A stretch of DNA of 64,000 nt from Octopus sinensis (taxonomy: Eukaryota). Positions 24,845 through 36,240 of the stretch are shown one piece after another. How positions within the stretch are numbered: the stretch's first letter is position 1; every line of letters begins with the position of its first letter. The notes beneath the pieces are model-generated. The model ran no database searches, was not told the DNA's origin, and worked only from the letters and a program-made list of their open reading frames with translations. The stretch is from assembly GCF_006345805.1 (NCBI RefSeq), contig NC_043002.1:119412001-119476000 (forward strand). The letters are read 5' to 3'. The position numbers and the translations under genes are program-made.

Positions 24845-25790
24845 AAGGCGGCGAGCTAGTAGAATCGTTAGCCCGTCGGGCAAAATGCTTAGCGGTATTT
24901 CGTCTGTCACTACGTTCTGAGTTCAAATTCCGCCGAGGTCGACTTTGCCTTTCATCCTTTCGGGGTCGATTAAATAAGTACCAGTTACGCACTGGGGTCG
25001 ATATAATCGACTTAATCCGTTTGTCTGTCCTTGTTTGTCCTCTCTGTGTTTAGCCCCTTGTGGGCAGTAAAGAAATAGGTATTTCGTCTGCCGCTACGTT
25101 CTGAGTTCAAATTCCGCCGAGGTCGACTTTGCCTTTCATCCTTTCGGGGTCGATTAAATAAGTACTAGTTACGCACTGGGGTCGATATAATCGACTTAAC
25201 CCGTTTGTCTGTCCCTGTTTGTCCCCTCTGTGTTTAGCCCCTTGTGGGCATTAAAGAAATAGGTATTTCGTCTGCCGCTACGTTCTGAGTTCAAATTCCG
25301 CCGAGGTCGACTTTGCCTTTCATCCTTTCGGGGTCGATTAAATAAGTACTAGTTACGCACTGGGGTCGATATAATCGACTTAATCCGTTTGTCTGTCCTT
25401 GTTTGTCCTCTCTGTGTTTAGCCCCTTGTGGGTAGTAAAGAAATAGGTATTTCGTCTGCCGCTACGTTCTGAGTTCAAATTCCGCCGAGGTCGACTTTGC
25501 CTTTCATCCTTTCGGGGTCGATTAAATAAGTACTAGTTACGCACTGGGGTCGATATAATCGACTTAACCCGTTTGTCCGTCCTTGTTTGTCCTCTCTGTT
25601 TCAGCCCCTTGTGGGTAGTAAAGAAATAGGTATTTCGGCCGTCTGCACGTACTGAGTTTAAATGTCGCCGGGGTCGACCTTGCCTTTCATTCTTTCGAAG
25701 TCGATAAAATAAGTACCAGTTGAGTACTGGGGTCGATATAATCGACTTATCTTGTTAAATTGCTGACCTTGTGCCCGAATTCGAAACCAG
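24845..25790 (+). repeat. Tandem array of family B SINE bodies, 184-bp period
   Basis: GGTATTTCG unit starts at 24894, 25078, 25262, 25446, 25629; single head at 24845. Confidence 0.93.
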
Positions 25791-25974
25791 TATTAAGCTG
25801 GGTAGACCGAAAAAGACTACATTGCACAATAAATTCGTCGGTATGCAATATGTGCTGGAGCGTGGACAAACACCATGGTAGTAAAACTAAGTTTAACGTT
25901 TGCGACTTGTCATACTAACCCGTGGCACATATCGGACACATTTAACAGAGAAGACAGTCAACTGTGTTGGAAAT

Positions 25975-26185
25975 ATTTTACTTGTTTCAATCACTGGACT
26001 GCAACCACGCTGGAGTAACACCTTGAAGAGCTTAGTCAAACTAAACGGTCTCAGTACATATTTTAAAGCCTAGTACTTATTCTACCGGTTTCTTTTACTG
26101 AATCGCTACGTAACTTGGGACGTAAATAGACCAACAACAGTTGTTAAGCAGTGGATAGAGGGAGCAACACAAACACAAAACACTA
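25975..26185 (-). mobile_element. SINE family A 3' half, diverged
   Basis: TTTTACTTGTTTCA.TCA.TGGACTGC tail match. Confidence 0.65.
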
Positions 26186-27637
26186 ACTGTATATATATAT
26201 GAGAAAGAATAAGTCGAAGTACAACAATTCAAACTTTTGGGGGAGTCAAAAAATATATATTTCTAACGAATATTCATCATCTCGAAATGATAGCCTGCTA
26301 AAGCAAGCAAGTAAAATAAGTAAAATGTTTGTTATAAGCATGTATAAGATAAAATCTTATATAAAAAACTACTAACAATTAGAAAAATGTAGAAAAGAAG
26401 ATGTTAAAACTTCTAATTAGAATTGGTAATTAGTACTACTCTCAGATCCTACTAAGATATTATTCGAGTTATAAGGCCTTTAAGTCTCTAATTTAAAGTT
26501 TCTGTAGATCGCTAGATGTATAAAATGACATTCACTCTACAAGTGAATACTCATTTGAAAAGGTAGATTGTTTTTATCTTTGTTACTAAAGCCATATGAA
26601 ATATGAACTTCACATCCTACTCCCATATAAAATTTCTCTGCATTATAGAGGCCCATTTACCTCGTACTAAACATCCGATTATAAAGAAACAAGTATTAAA
26701 TAAAGTGTAAATATATTTAGCTCAGACAAATTACCTTTTGAAAGAAGCACGGTGCCATGAAGTTTTTGTATGTTATTAGTTGTTTGTAAGATTACAGACC
26801 AGACTGATAAATCTAAGGAAACATTTTATCAGGGTGACAAATAATCTCAAAAAAATTGTAAAATAAGCATTGGGAAGACTACATGCTAGTGAAATGTGTT
26901 ATTATGTTTAACAAACATAAAATATACAAAGATAATCTAGGAACATTTCAAAAGAAAGTATTTTTGCTAAATATAATAAAAGTTAGCCTTTCTTATATTT
27001 TTTCTGAAGATAAATATTGATTTTTAACTTTTCTAACATTTTGAAAAGCTAAATATCAGCAATCTTTATTCGAGTAACAATATTTTATACATTGTAGGTC
27101 AGAGATAAAAAAAAAATAAGTAAATGCAGAAAACATTTTAAACGGAATGTTATATTCTTTCACCTGTCATAGGCAAACACTTTCGTTGTCAATTCTGACT
27201 CACTACTTCGTATCTCATAAAATAGGTGCTTGTCATAAGTAAAAGAAAGAGGAATTTTTCTAGCAGAGCCTTCAGATTCGATTGCTAAGTGTTCTGTTTG
27301 TAAATTTACATGATGTCCATGTCTTGTTCGTTTGATGTGAAGTATCGGAATGCGTCGATGACGGAAATTAAGACGTTTTGAAATTTACATAAAATAAGGT
27401 AAAATACCTTTTAGTTGTTGACTGAAGAGAGCTATTTATAATATTTTCTAGTGTAGCTGATGAAATAAACATAAAACAAAACCATAAATAGAAGATTGTG
27501 GTGTCTTTTGACACTACATTTCGTCAATTATCGAAACTGTAAAAACATTAATTTCGCGTCAACTCAACCTTCTAACACATTGCTATTCTGCTAACCTAGT
27601 TTATTGTCAATATGTCAGATGTTGTTTCTTTAACAAT

Positions 27638-27803
27638 AGGCGCAGGAGTGGCTGTGTGGTAAGTAGCTTGCTAACAAACCACATGGTTCCGGGTTCAGTC
27701 CCATTGCGTGGCATCTTGGGCAAGTGTCTTCTGCTATAGCCCCGGGCCGACCAATGCCTTGTGAGTGGATTTGGTAGACAGAAACTGAAAGAAGCCTGTC
27801 GTA

Positions 27804-27857
<54 letters not shown>

Positions 27858-28063
27858 CGTTCGTGTGTCTGTGTTTGTCCCCCTAGCAATGCTTGACAAC
27901 CGATGCTGGTGTGTTTACGTCCCCGTCACTTAGCGATTCGGCAGAATAAGTACTGGGCTTACAAAAAATAAGTCCCGGGGTCGATTTGCTCGACTAAAGG
28001 CGGTGCTCCAGCATGGCCGCAGTCAAATGACTGAAACAAGTAAAAGAGTAAAGAGTAAAAGAG
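27638..28063 (+). mobile_element. SINE family A
   Basis: Full copy with internal (TA)(GT) tract and (AAAGAGT)n tail. Confidence 0.92.
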
Positions 28064-29044
28064 TTATATTAGCTATCACTATAACTTTAGAACCTTCACA
28101 ATACACCAACAGAGGAGCCACCATTATACTCAGTAGCTATTTAAATTACACATTAATCCATTCCAAATTCTCCGGCCATCATAATAGCTTCATAATTGGA
28201 GTTCCACCACTTTTATGTCGACTACTTTTGACAGCAAATGTGTTTCTTCGAAGTCAACTAGAAACTACATTATGTTCTTGCACATCAAACTTACGACTAG
28301 GTTTAGCTTTAGCAGCTATAAGACCAGGAGGAAATAAACATTAGTAATCACCAAGTGACTGGTCTCAGTCCCTTTGTAACAACTGTAAAAGAGCCTTAAA
28401 ATACAAAGGGCATACTTGAACAGCAAACAGGATTGTAGAATATTTGCCTCTTGATTGAAATTTTAAATTGTATCTGATATGAGGACCTTCTAACGAACTT
28501 ACACTTCTCTCTATCTTATCTTCACGAACGAAGTTTTCTGTTAGACTTCAGTATTTAAACAAGGGCTGGTGGAGATTTTATGTACAGAAAGGTTCAGTTA
28601 TGTATCTCACTCTCAGGCTTACCTCTTTTTCAGAATCAGAAGATACTTTGGGCCTCAACAAATCACAACTAATATCTATATTGTCTATCTGGAACTGGTG
28701 CTTCTACACAAAAATGTACAAGGCTAAATTCTGTAGAAAGCCTATCTATTAGAAAATAGATCTATTACTATCTAAGCGCTTCCGAACATGCTCTCTTTAA
28801 TAACACACAAATACTGTCTTTTGTACTTTTGCTTATTTTACCGTTACATATAACGGCCAACAAACTATTCCTTCTCTGACGCAAACCTGTCCCACTTGTC
28901 CTTTCTCCTCTTGTCACCTGTACTGATAATGATCTTTCAGATGCTATGTTAAACCTTTTTTCCATTTTTTCGTATCCAGGCCAGCACAACCTTACAATAA
29001 TTCCTAACGTGCCTACGTTTTTCTTGCTGAAATCTACCAACAAA

Positions 29045-29087
29045 TTTTCAAACTGATAAAAACTGTCGTATATATGTATATATATAT

Positions 29088-29178
<91 letters not shown>

Positions 29179-29388
29179 TGTGTGTCTGTGTTTGTCCGCC
29201 TAGCATTGCTTGACAACCGATGCTGGTGTGTTTACGTCCCCGTTACTTAACAGTTCGGCAAAAAGAGACTGATAGAATAAGTACTGGACTTACAAAGAAT
29301 AAGTCCTGTGGTCGATTTGCTCGACTAAAGGCGGTGCTCCAGCATGGCTGCAGTCAAATGACTGAAACAAGTAAAAGAGTAAAAGAGT
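29045..29388 (+). mobile_element. SINE family A, 5'-truncated
   Basis: Internal microsatellite plus family A 3' half. Confidence 0.85.
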
Positions 29389-29739
29389 ACAATACAGAAG
29401 ATGCAGAAATTGTCGGAATAATAGGAGACATTACAGAGAAGGGAAAGAGTCGTTGAACTGCAAGGTGTAAGTAATTGCAGCTTTGGTAATCAGCCGAATG
29501 CCGTTTTCGGATGGGCCCTTGGAAATTTGCAACAGCAGTGTCATATGATCGTTCCTACTAAGTGGGTCGCAGGTTTGTTTGGCAAAGAGTCAGAATCAAC
29601 TCCGAGTTAAAGCTAGGGATTTTTAAAATATGCGGGAGATAACGTTATTTTCAGTGAAGGAGCCCCTACGCAGACGTACAACATACTGCAAATATCAGTC
29701 ACTTCATTCGCAAAGCACCGTGAAGGACACTCACGCTCA

Positions 29740-29742
29740 CCT

Positions 29743-29806
<64 letters not shown>

Positions 29807-29831
29807 TTTTCTTTCTTACTTTCTTTCTCAC

Positions 29832-29909
<78 letters not shown>

Positions 29910-29912
29910 TAT

Positions 29913-29959
<47 letters not shown>

Positions 29960-30090
29960 GTCTATCTGTCTGTCTGTCTGTCTGTCTGTCTTTCTACCTG
30001 CCTGCTTGTCAGTCAGTCTGTCTATCTGTCTATTACACACACATGCACAAACACATACATATATACATATATATATATACATATACACTA
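29740..30090. repeat. (TTTC)n(TATC)n(TGTC)n compound microsatellite
   Basis: Direct observation. Confidence 0.92.
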
Positions 30091-30760
30091 ACAAACCCTC
30101 AAGACTTTAGCTAAACCAAGGCAATTGGAAAGACAAAAAGAAAAAAAAGGGAAGACAAAAGCAATTGCTCAGGGTGTAACGCAGTGGGATCGAACACAAA
30201 CTCAAGTCGGCTGAGAAGCGAACTTCTTAATCGCTCAACAATGCTCACAGCTAACATTATTAATATTGTGTCTTTGTAAGAAAATAAAGAAAAAAAGTAC
30301 TGGGATTATTTCTCGTTAGTCGGATGGCTAAAGATTGCATCTAATCAAGCTATTTCCTGCTTTGCTGATCTACCACTCGCAACGGAAATGAATTATTTAC
30401 TGCATTGTTTTTTTATTTTGAAAATAATATACGCAAATGCATTCAATAAACATACACGTATATTTACATTGATAGTAATGAACTAAAGAAAAAGCACTCA
30501 AATCATGTTATAGAGTATAATTATTTATTCAACTGATGACAATGTACGCACACGCGCACACACACATTTCTTTATATGTGTGCATGTATTTATATATCTA
30601 TCTATCCCTCTCTCTCTCCCTCTCTCTGTTTCTCTCGCTCTCTCTCTCTATATATATATATATTAAGTATGTAAATATTGAACAATGAGTATGAATACTA
30701 AACACTTCATTGAACATGAAACCAACGGTAGTCTTAGTACACACGAAAAGTATACATACA

Positions 30761-30808
<48 letters not shown>

Positions 30809-30814
30809 CATGTA

Positions 30815-30873
<59 letters not shown>

Positions 30874-30883
<10 letters not shown>

Positions 30884-31105
30884 TATTTGAGACAAAACAC
30901 TATTTTGCAAAACAAACAAGGAAAGACTTAATCATACATAAAATTTATTAAATTTATGTATTGATTAAGTCTTTCCTTGTTTGTTTTGCAAAATAGTGGT
31001 TTTGTCTCAAATAATATTTTATAATATTTTACTATAAAATTGGATTTAATCCTAAATCTGATTTTTTTCCCTGTAAATTTGGATATATTCCCTAATATTT
31101 ATTAT
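30874..31105. repeat. TA-associated dispersed repeat with a head-to-head inverted partial copy (palindrome 30874-31023); probable PLE terminus
   Basis: ~75-bp arms; the same family occurs at ~21200-21270, 31455-31640 and 53941-54110 (reverse). Confidence 0.7.
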
Positions 31106-31153
31106 TATATATATATATATATAGACATGATATATAAATATATATATATATAT

Positions 31154-31200
<47 letters not shown>

Positions 31201-31202
<2 letters not shown>

Positions 31203-31391
31203 GGTCCCGGGTTGATTCGGGTTTAACCACAGTAAATAAGGTACTCAATACGTAGTAGAGTAAAATTAATTTATTATATAGAAGGAGCTTCTACAGGACT
31301 AGAACTGTTCATTCAAGAGAAATCTTCAGGAAGATTTCTGAAGATTTCTCTTGAATGAAACAGTTCTAGTCCTGTAGAAGCTCCTTCTATA

Positions 31392-31400
<9 letters not shown>
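31201..31400. mobile_element. Fold-back repeat (palindrome 31268-31400) carrying hammerhead motifs on both strands; probable PLE terminus with inverted copy
   Basis: ~62-bp arms; CTGAAGA-tTTCtcttGAAt-GAAA-CAG..CTG-T-A-GAAG. Confidence 0.7.
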
Positions 31401-31454
<54 letters not shown>

Positions 31455-31456
<2 letters not shown>

Positions 31457-31640
31457 AATTTTATTTAATTTATATTAAAATTTTTTTTATGTATTGGATT
31501 AAGTCTTTCTTTGTTTGATTGCAAAATAGTGGTTTTGTCTCTAATTAAATTATATAATATTTTACTATAAAATTGGATTCGATCCTAAATCTGATTTTCC
31601 CTGTAAATTTGGATTTATTCCCTAATATTTATTATTATAT
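31455..31640 (+). repeat. Second copy of the TA-associated repeat at 30955-31105
   Basis: GATTAAGTCTTT..GCAAAATAGTGGTTTTGTCTC..CCCTGTAAATTTGGATTTATTCCCTAATATTT. Confidence 0.8.
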
Positions 31641-31686
31641 ACATGTATATATATATATATACATGTATATATATATATAGATATAT

Positions 31687-31754
<68 letters not shown>

Positions 31755-32058
31755 ATTTATATATATGTAATATATGTATATACATAGATTCATTCAGTTG
31801 AGGAATCTTGTTATTTAAGTTGAGGCACCTCGTTAAGTCGGAATAATATACACACAAAACAACATTATGTAAATACTAAGCTTACTACAGAAGTACAAGC
31901 AGGGTGATGTTGCTGTAGTACATGCAGACAATTAGATCCAGCTGAGTATATAATCTATTCTTGAGCTATTCAGACACTTACATATAGAGTCCATAATATG
32001 CTTCACAATTTGCGAAGGGCATGTTCCGTGATAGGTGAATAAAATATAAATAAGTATA

Positions 32059-32291
32059 TATTTCTTTACTACCCACAAGGGACTAAACACAGAGGAGACA
32101 AACAAGGACAGACAAACGGATTAAGTCGATTACATTGACCCCAGTGCGTAACTGGTACTTAATTTATCGACCCCGGAAGGATGAAAGGCAAAGTCGACCT
32201 CGGCGGAATTTGAACTCGGAACGTAACGGCAGACGAAATACGGCAACGCATTTCGCCCGGCGTGCTAACGTTTCTGCCAGCTCGCCGCCTT
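32059..32291 (-). mobile_element. SINE family B, young subfamily
   Basis: Full copy. Confidence 0.9.
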
Positions 32292-32354
32292 ATAAATATG
32301 TATACATACATACAAACATACATACATACATACATACATACATACATACATACA

Positions 32355-32389
<35 letters not shown>

Positions 32390-32589
32390 GGTTTTGTTAA
32401 GCGGTGCTGATCTTTACAATTCTGTAAATAATAATAATAGTATTTTATAGGTTTAAAGCTTATTGCGACCACCGCTCAATGACTAAAGAAAATAGTCTGT
32501 TAATGGGGCACATACGCTCTCGACAGAAAAAAGTTTGTTTTCCGAATATACATACATACACATATATACACACATACACATGCATATAT

Positions 32590-33017
32590 CCCTCTCTATC
32601 CGCTCAGTCGAAGTCGACTCTCGGTCACTCGTTGGATCAGTGTCCTCCAGTCAGTTCTATCCTGGGCCGCTTCCTTCAGACTGGCCATGTCCATTCCAGT
32701 ATCACTCCTGATGGTGTCAAGCCAGCGGGTTCTTGGTCGGCCTCTTCCTCTCTTGCCACTGACCATTCCGAGCATGATGTCCTTCTCAAGGGATTCTCTC
32801 CGCATAATATGACCGAAATATGCCAATCTACGCTTGGTGATCCCAACTTCTAGCGACATTTTCGTCCTTATCTGCTTAAGAACTTCTCCATTGGTGAAAA
32901 GGTCATGAGGAATGCAGGCCTGGAGGATAGCAGCATTGGAGGAAGACATATTAATAACCTTCGCTATGCAGATGATACAACCCTGCTGGCGAAGAGTGGA
33001 AAGTATCTGGAGGATAT
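32590..33017 (-). mobile_element. RTE/BovB-like LINE 3' end with an inverted upstream RT fragment
   Basis: Minus strand 32596-32896: EVLKQI..LAYFGHIMRRESLEKDIMLG..RGRPRTRWLD; plus strand ~32900-33017: GGRHINNLRYADDTTLLA. Confidence 0.9.
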
Positions 33018-33293
33018 ATATATATGCACACGCACACACACAAATGATCACATAGTTGCAAAAGAGGGCAGAAATAAATTCTCGAGCACCAAAAACAGAA
33101 TAAAATACCATTTTGTTAAAACTGAAAAAGGCTTGAGAATAAAACTTTTACTCAGAGTTTGGTGTAACCGTTCATACCAGTTTGTATTATCACATGAAAT
33201 GTCTGATGAGCGATTATGTGAAACTCTGAGCAATAATTCCTGATGCTTCTGGAGACTTTTTTCGGATTTAATAAAATAATATCCATATATTAT

Positions 33294-33698
33294 AGGCGCA
33301 GGAGTGGCTGTGTGGTAAGTAGCTTGCTTACCAACCACATGGTTCCGGGTTCAGTCCCACTGCGTGGCATCTTGGGCAAGTGTCTTCTACCATAGCCTCG
33401 GGCCGACCAAAGCCTTGTGAGTGGATTTGGTAGACGGAAACTGAAAGAAGCCCGTCGTATATATGTATATATGTATATGTGTGTGTGTGTTTGTGTGTTT
33501 GTGTGTCTGTGTTTGTTCCCTTAGCATTGCTTGACAACCGATGCTGGTGTGTTTATGTCCCCGTCACTTATTTTGCGGTTCGGCAAAATAAGTACTGGGC
33601 TAGCAAAGAATAAGTCCCGCGGTCGAGTTTCTCGATTAAAGGCGGTGCTCCAGCATGGCCGCAGTCAAATGGCTGAAACAAGTAGGAGAGTAAAAGAG
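33294..33698 (+). mobile_element. SINE family A
   Basis: Full copy. Confidence 0.92.
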
Positions 33699-33904
33699 TA
33701 TATATACACACGCGCGCGCACAGGCACATATATTGAGGATAAAGGAAACAGGTTGAGGAAAAACGCCAGTGTTATATAAATAGGTACGTTTATATTCATT
33801 TTGTTTTTGTATCTGGTTTGCACGAATTTTCACGTGAATTCATGTGATGACGCAAATTATGTTGTGTCTGGGGAGGGTCATATTGTTCGATTTCTGCTCA
33901 TTTA

Positions 33905-35684
33905 TCTCTCTCTATATAAAACTGAGAATGTGTGACTGTCTCTCTGTCTGTCTGTCTGCCTGTCTGTGTGTTTCCCTAAAACTTGAGAACTACACTACCA
34001 ATTTCATTCAAATTTTACACATGCCTTACTTAGGGTCCGGGGAGTGCCATCAGCGAAATCAATTCTTAACTTTTTGCCTAGGGCGAGCCCACAGCAATAT
34101 CATATCTTCTCCACTATGATTCCCTAAAACTTGAGAACTACACAACCAATTTCATTCAAATTTTACACATGCCTTACTTAGGGTCCATGTAGTTTCATGG
34201 GCAAAAAGAATGTTCAGCTTCCTGTCTAGGGCGAGCCCATAGAAATATCATATCTTCTCCACTATTTCAGTATTACGTGTTAAAAGTGAAACAAAAACGT
34301 TTCTCTATTTTATGTCAGATACTTTCACTTTAACAATAAAAATTAGAGATAATAATAACAATTGAACTATATGCAGTAAGTAATAATTAAAATCAAACTA
34401 AAGTATTATATAATAATTAAATCGTAACAACAATTAAAAGTAAAAAATAGCAATTGGTATAAAATTTCATCAATGACTTGAACTTGAATAAGTGGTTTCA
34501 CATGAATGGGAATAAAAATTTAAGTGCAGAAATGGAATAGTCCAGATGGAGGTGTGAACATACCCTTTACCACGGCTTTTACATTAGATTATCTGCTAAT
34601 TAGCTAGCATTAAGTATCTATATGAAGTTTGGCTGTATCTAATGTCTGTTTTCTCGAATAGCCGCTTCTACTGAGTACTGCTATTGGTTTATTTTTGATC
34701 CATAAAGGACTATAGCTTCAACTGAGTACTGCTTTTTGATTCACCGTAAGGTTTGTTGTTATTATTATTACTGTTTAACTATTGTAATCAAGTTTGTTGG
34801 TTCCTCGTTTGTTGTGTTGCATTTGTTAAATAATTGTAAACCGTAACCCTCCACATTTGGGAGAAGGAGCTTTGGTTATTGTTTAAAAATTGAATTGTGT
34901 CCCTGTTTGGGGAAATTGACAATATTTTCACCGTTTATACGGAAGCATTTTTGTTAAAATGTCTTCGATAGAAGAAAGTCCAAAAATGAATTTCGCTGCA
35001 GCCGTCGGCGGGCGCGAACTCATTAAAATTAAAATGGAAGAAATACAAACCTATTTCAGATTGATCACCGACAAAGACGGTGAATCTAGGATAACACCAC
35101 CAAATGAAATAAAAAATAAAATTAAAGAAAAGACTATTGTCTATAAAGTATACAATGTAGAGAAAAAAATAAGATTTGAACACCTGAAGGAAAGCACCAT
35201 TGAAAAGTGTCTTGGTGCGACTATGAAAGATATCAAGTATCTAACTAGAGGCGATAAATTCGCCACAATAGAAGCAAGGTTCGAGTCAACGGAGCGTGCA
35301 AGGGAGTACTCGACTCGAACCTTGCAAAGAGGAAATATTTTATTTTTACCTTTATATATAGGACGTAGGATGTTCCGGATAAAAATTTTAAAATGTCCCC
35401 CAGAAGTAGAGGTAGGCTCGATTGTAGCCATACTTCTATACAAGAGGGAGGACAAAATACAATTGATTGAAAATGCTAGAGACGGGCCTACAATTCCAGT
35501 CTGTTGGAATTGTACTCTATATTTTGAGTATTGTTATCACTAGCGATATCAAGATATAACTTTGTATTTTTTATTTTATGTGTAGATGTATATATATAGA
35601 TGTACATGTAACATGTACACATATATATACACATATATACAAGCACTAGCACTATGACCCGGCAAAGCCGGGTCATAATGCTAG
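33905..35684 (+). mobile_element. Non-autonomous Helitron-like element carrying a LINE ORF1-like fragment
   Basis: A|TC..TATATAAAA 5' end; ~148-bp internal tandem duplication (33972-34265); 3' hairpin ATGACCCGGC-AAA-GCCGGGTCAT then CTAG|T. Confidence 0.7.
34959..35543 (+). CDS. L1/Tx1-type ORF1-like protein fragment (RRM-like), 194 aa
   Basis: Uninterrupted, non-repetitive ORF; IKYLTRGDKFATIEARFES..LPLYIGRR..CPPEVE aligns by eye with IKFISRGVKFATVWLLFDS..LPRYCGNK..LPPGIE at 42227. Confidence 0.6.
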   Translation: MSSIEESPKMNFAAAVGGRELIKIKMEEIQTYFRLITDKDGESRITPPNEIKNKIKEKTIVYKVYNVEKKIRFEHLKESTIEKCLGATMKDIKYLTRGDKFATIEARFESTERAREYSTRTLQRGNILFLPLYIGRRMFRIKILKCPPEVEVGSIVAILLYKREDKIQLIENARDGPTIPVCWNCTLYFEYCYH

Positions 35685-35693
35685 TTATTTATA

Positions 35694-35790
35694 TTTTTCT
35701 TCCAAAATTTTCGTTGCTTTTGCAACCTTGTCGATGGATGTTCAGACTCCATTGACAAAGTTGCAAAAGCTACGAAAATTTTAGAAAAAA
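35694..35790. repeat. Imperfect palindrome with ~43-bp arms
   Basis: AAAATTTTCGTtGCTTTTGCAACcTTGTCgATGGA / TCCATtGACAAaGTTGCAAAAGCtACGAAAATTTT. Confidence 0.8.
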
Positions 35791-36046
35791 ATTATCTATA
35801 TTTATTGTTTTCGTATTTATTTTGCAAAATTATTTAAGTTATGTTGCATCGTTAAAAAGGTGTCGTATTTTGGAAGGGTAATTCTATCAATAAAATATAC
35901 ACGCACTGGTTGTAGGTAACGTTTCTTTGGCACATCAATAAATTCATCAGTCACTCGATAAAAAAGTGAATCTCTCAACCAGTGCATATGCAACACCAGA
36001 AACAGCAGCAGCAAAACCAGCAACAGAAGCAGGAACACCAGCATCA

Positions 36047-36240
36047 GTGGAGGCGCAATGGCCTAGTGGTTAGGGCAGCGGACTCGCGGTCGTAAGAACG
36101 CGCTTTCCATTCCCAGACCGGGCATTGTGAATGTTTATAGAACAAAAACACCTAAGCTCCACCAGGCTCCGGCGGGGGTGATGGTGAACCCCGCTGTACT
36201 CGTTCACTACAACTTTCTCTCACTCTTTCTTTCTACTTCT
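36047..36240 (+). mobile_element. SINE family C 5' half
   Basis: GTGGAGGCGCAATGGCCTAGTGGTTAGGG head. Confidence 0.82.

Noticed and set aside
24894-25790. Regular array resembling a CRISPR locus
   Set aside because: Units are fully repeated 184-bp SINE bodies with no unique spacers, in a eukaryotic context with no cas genes.
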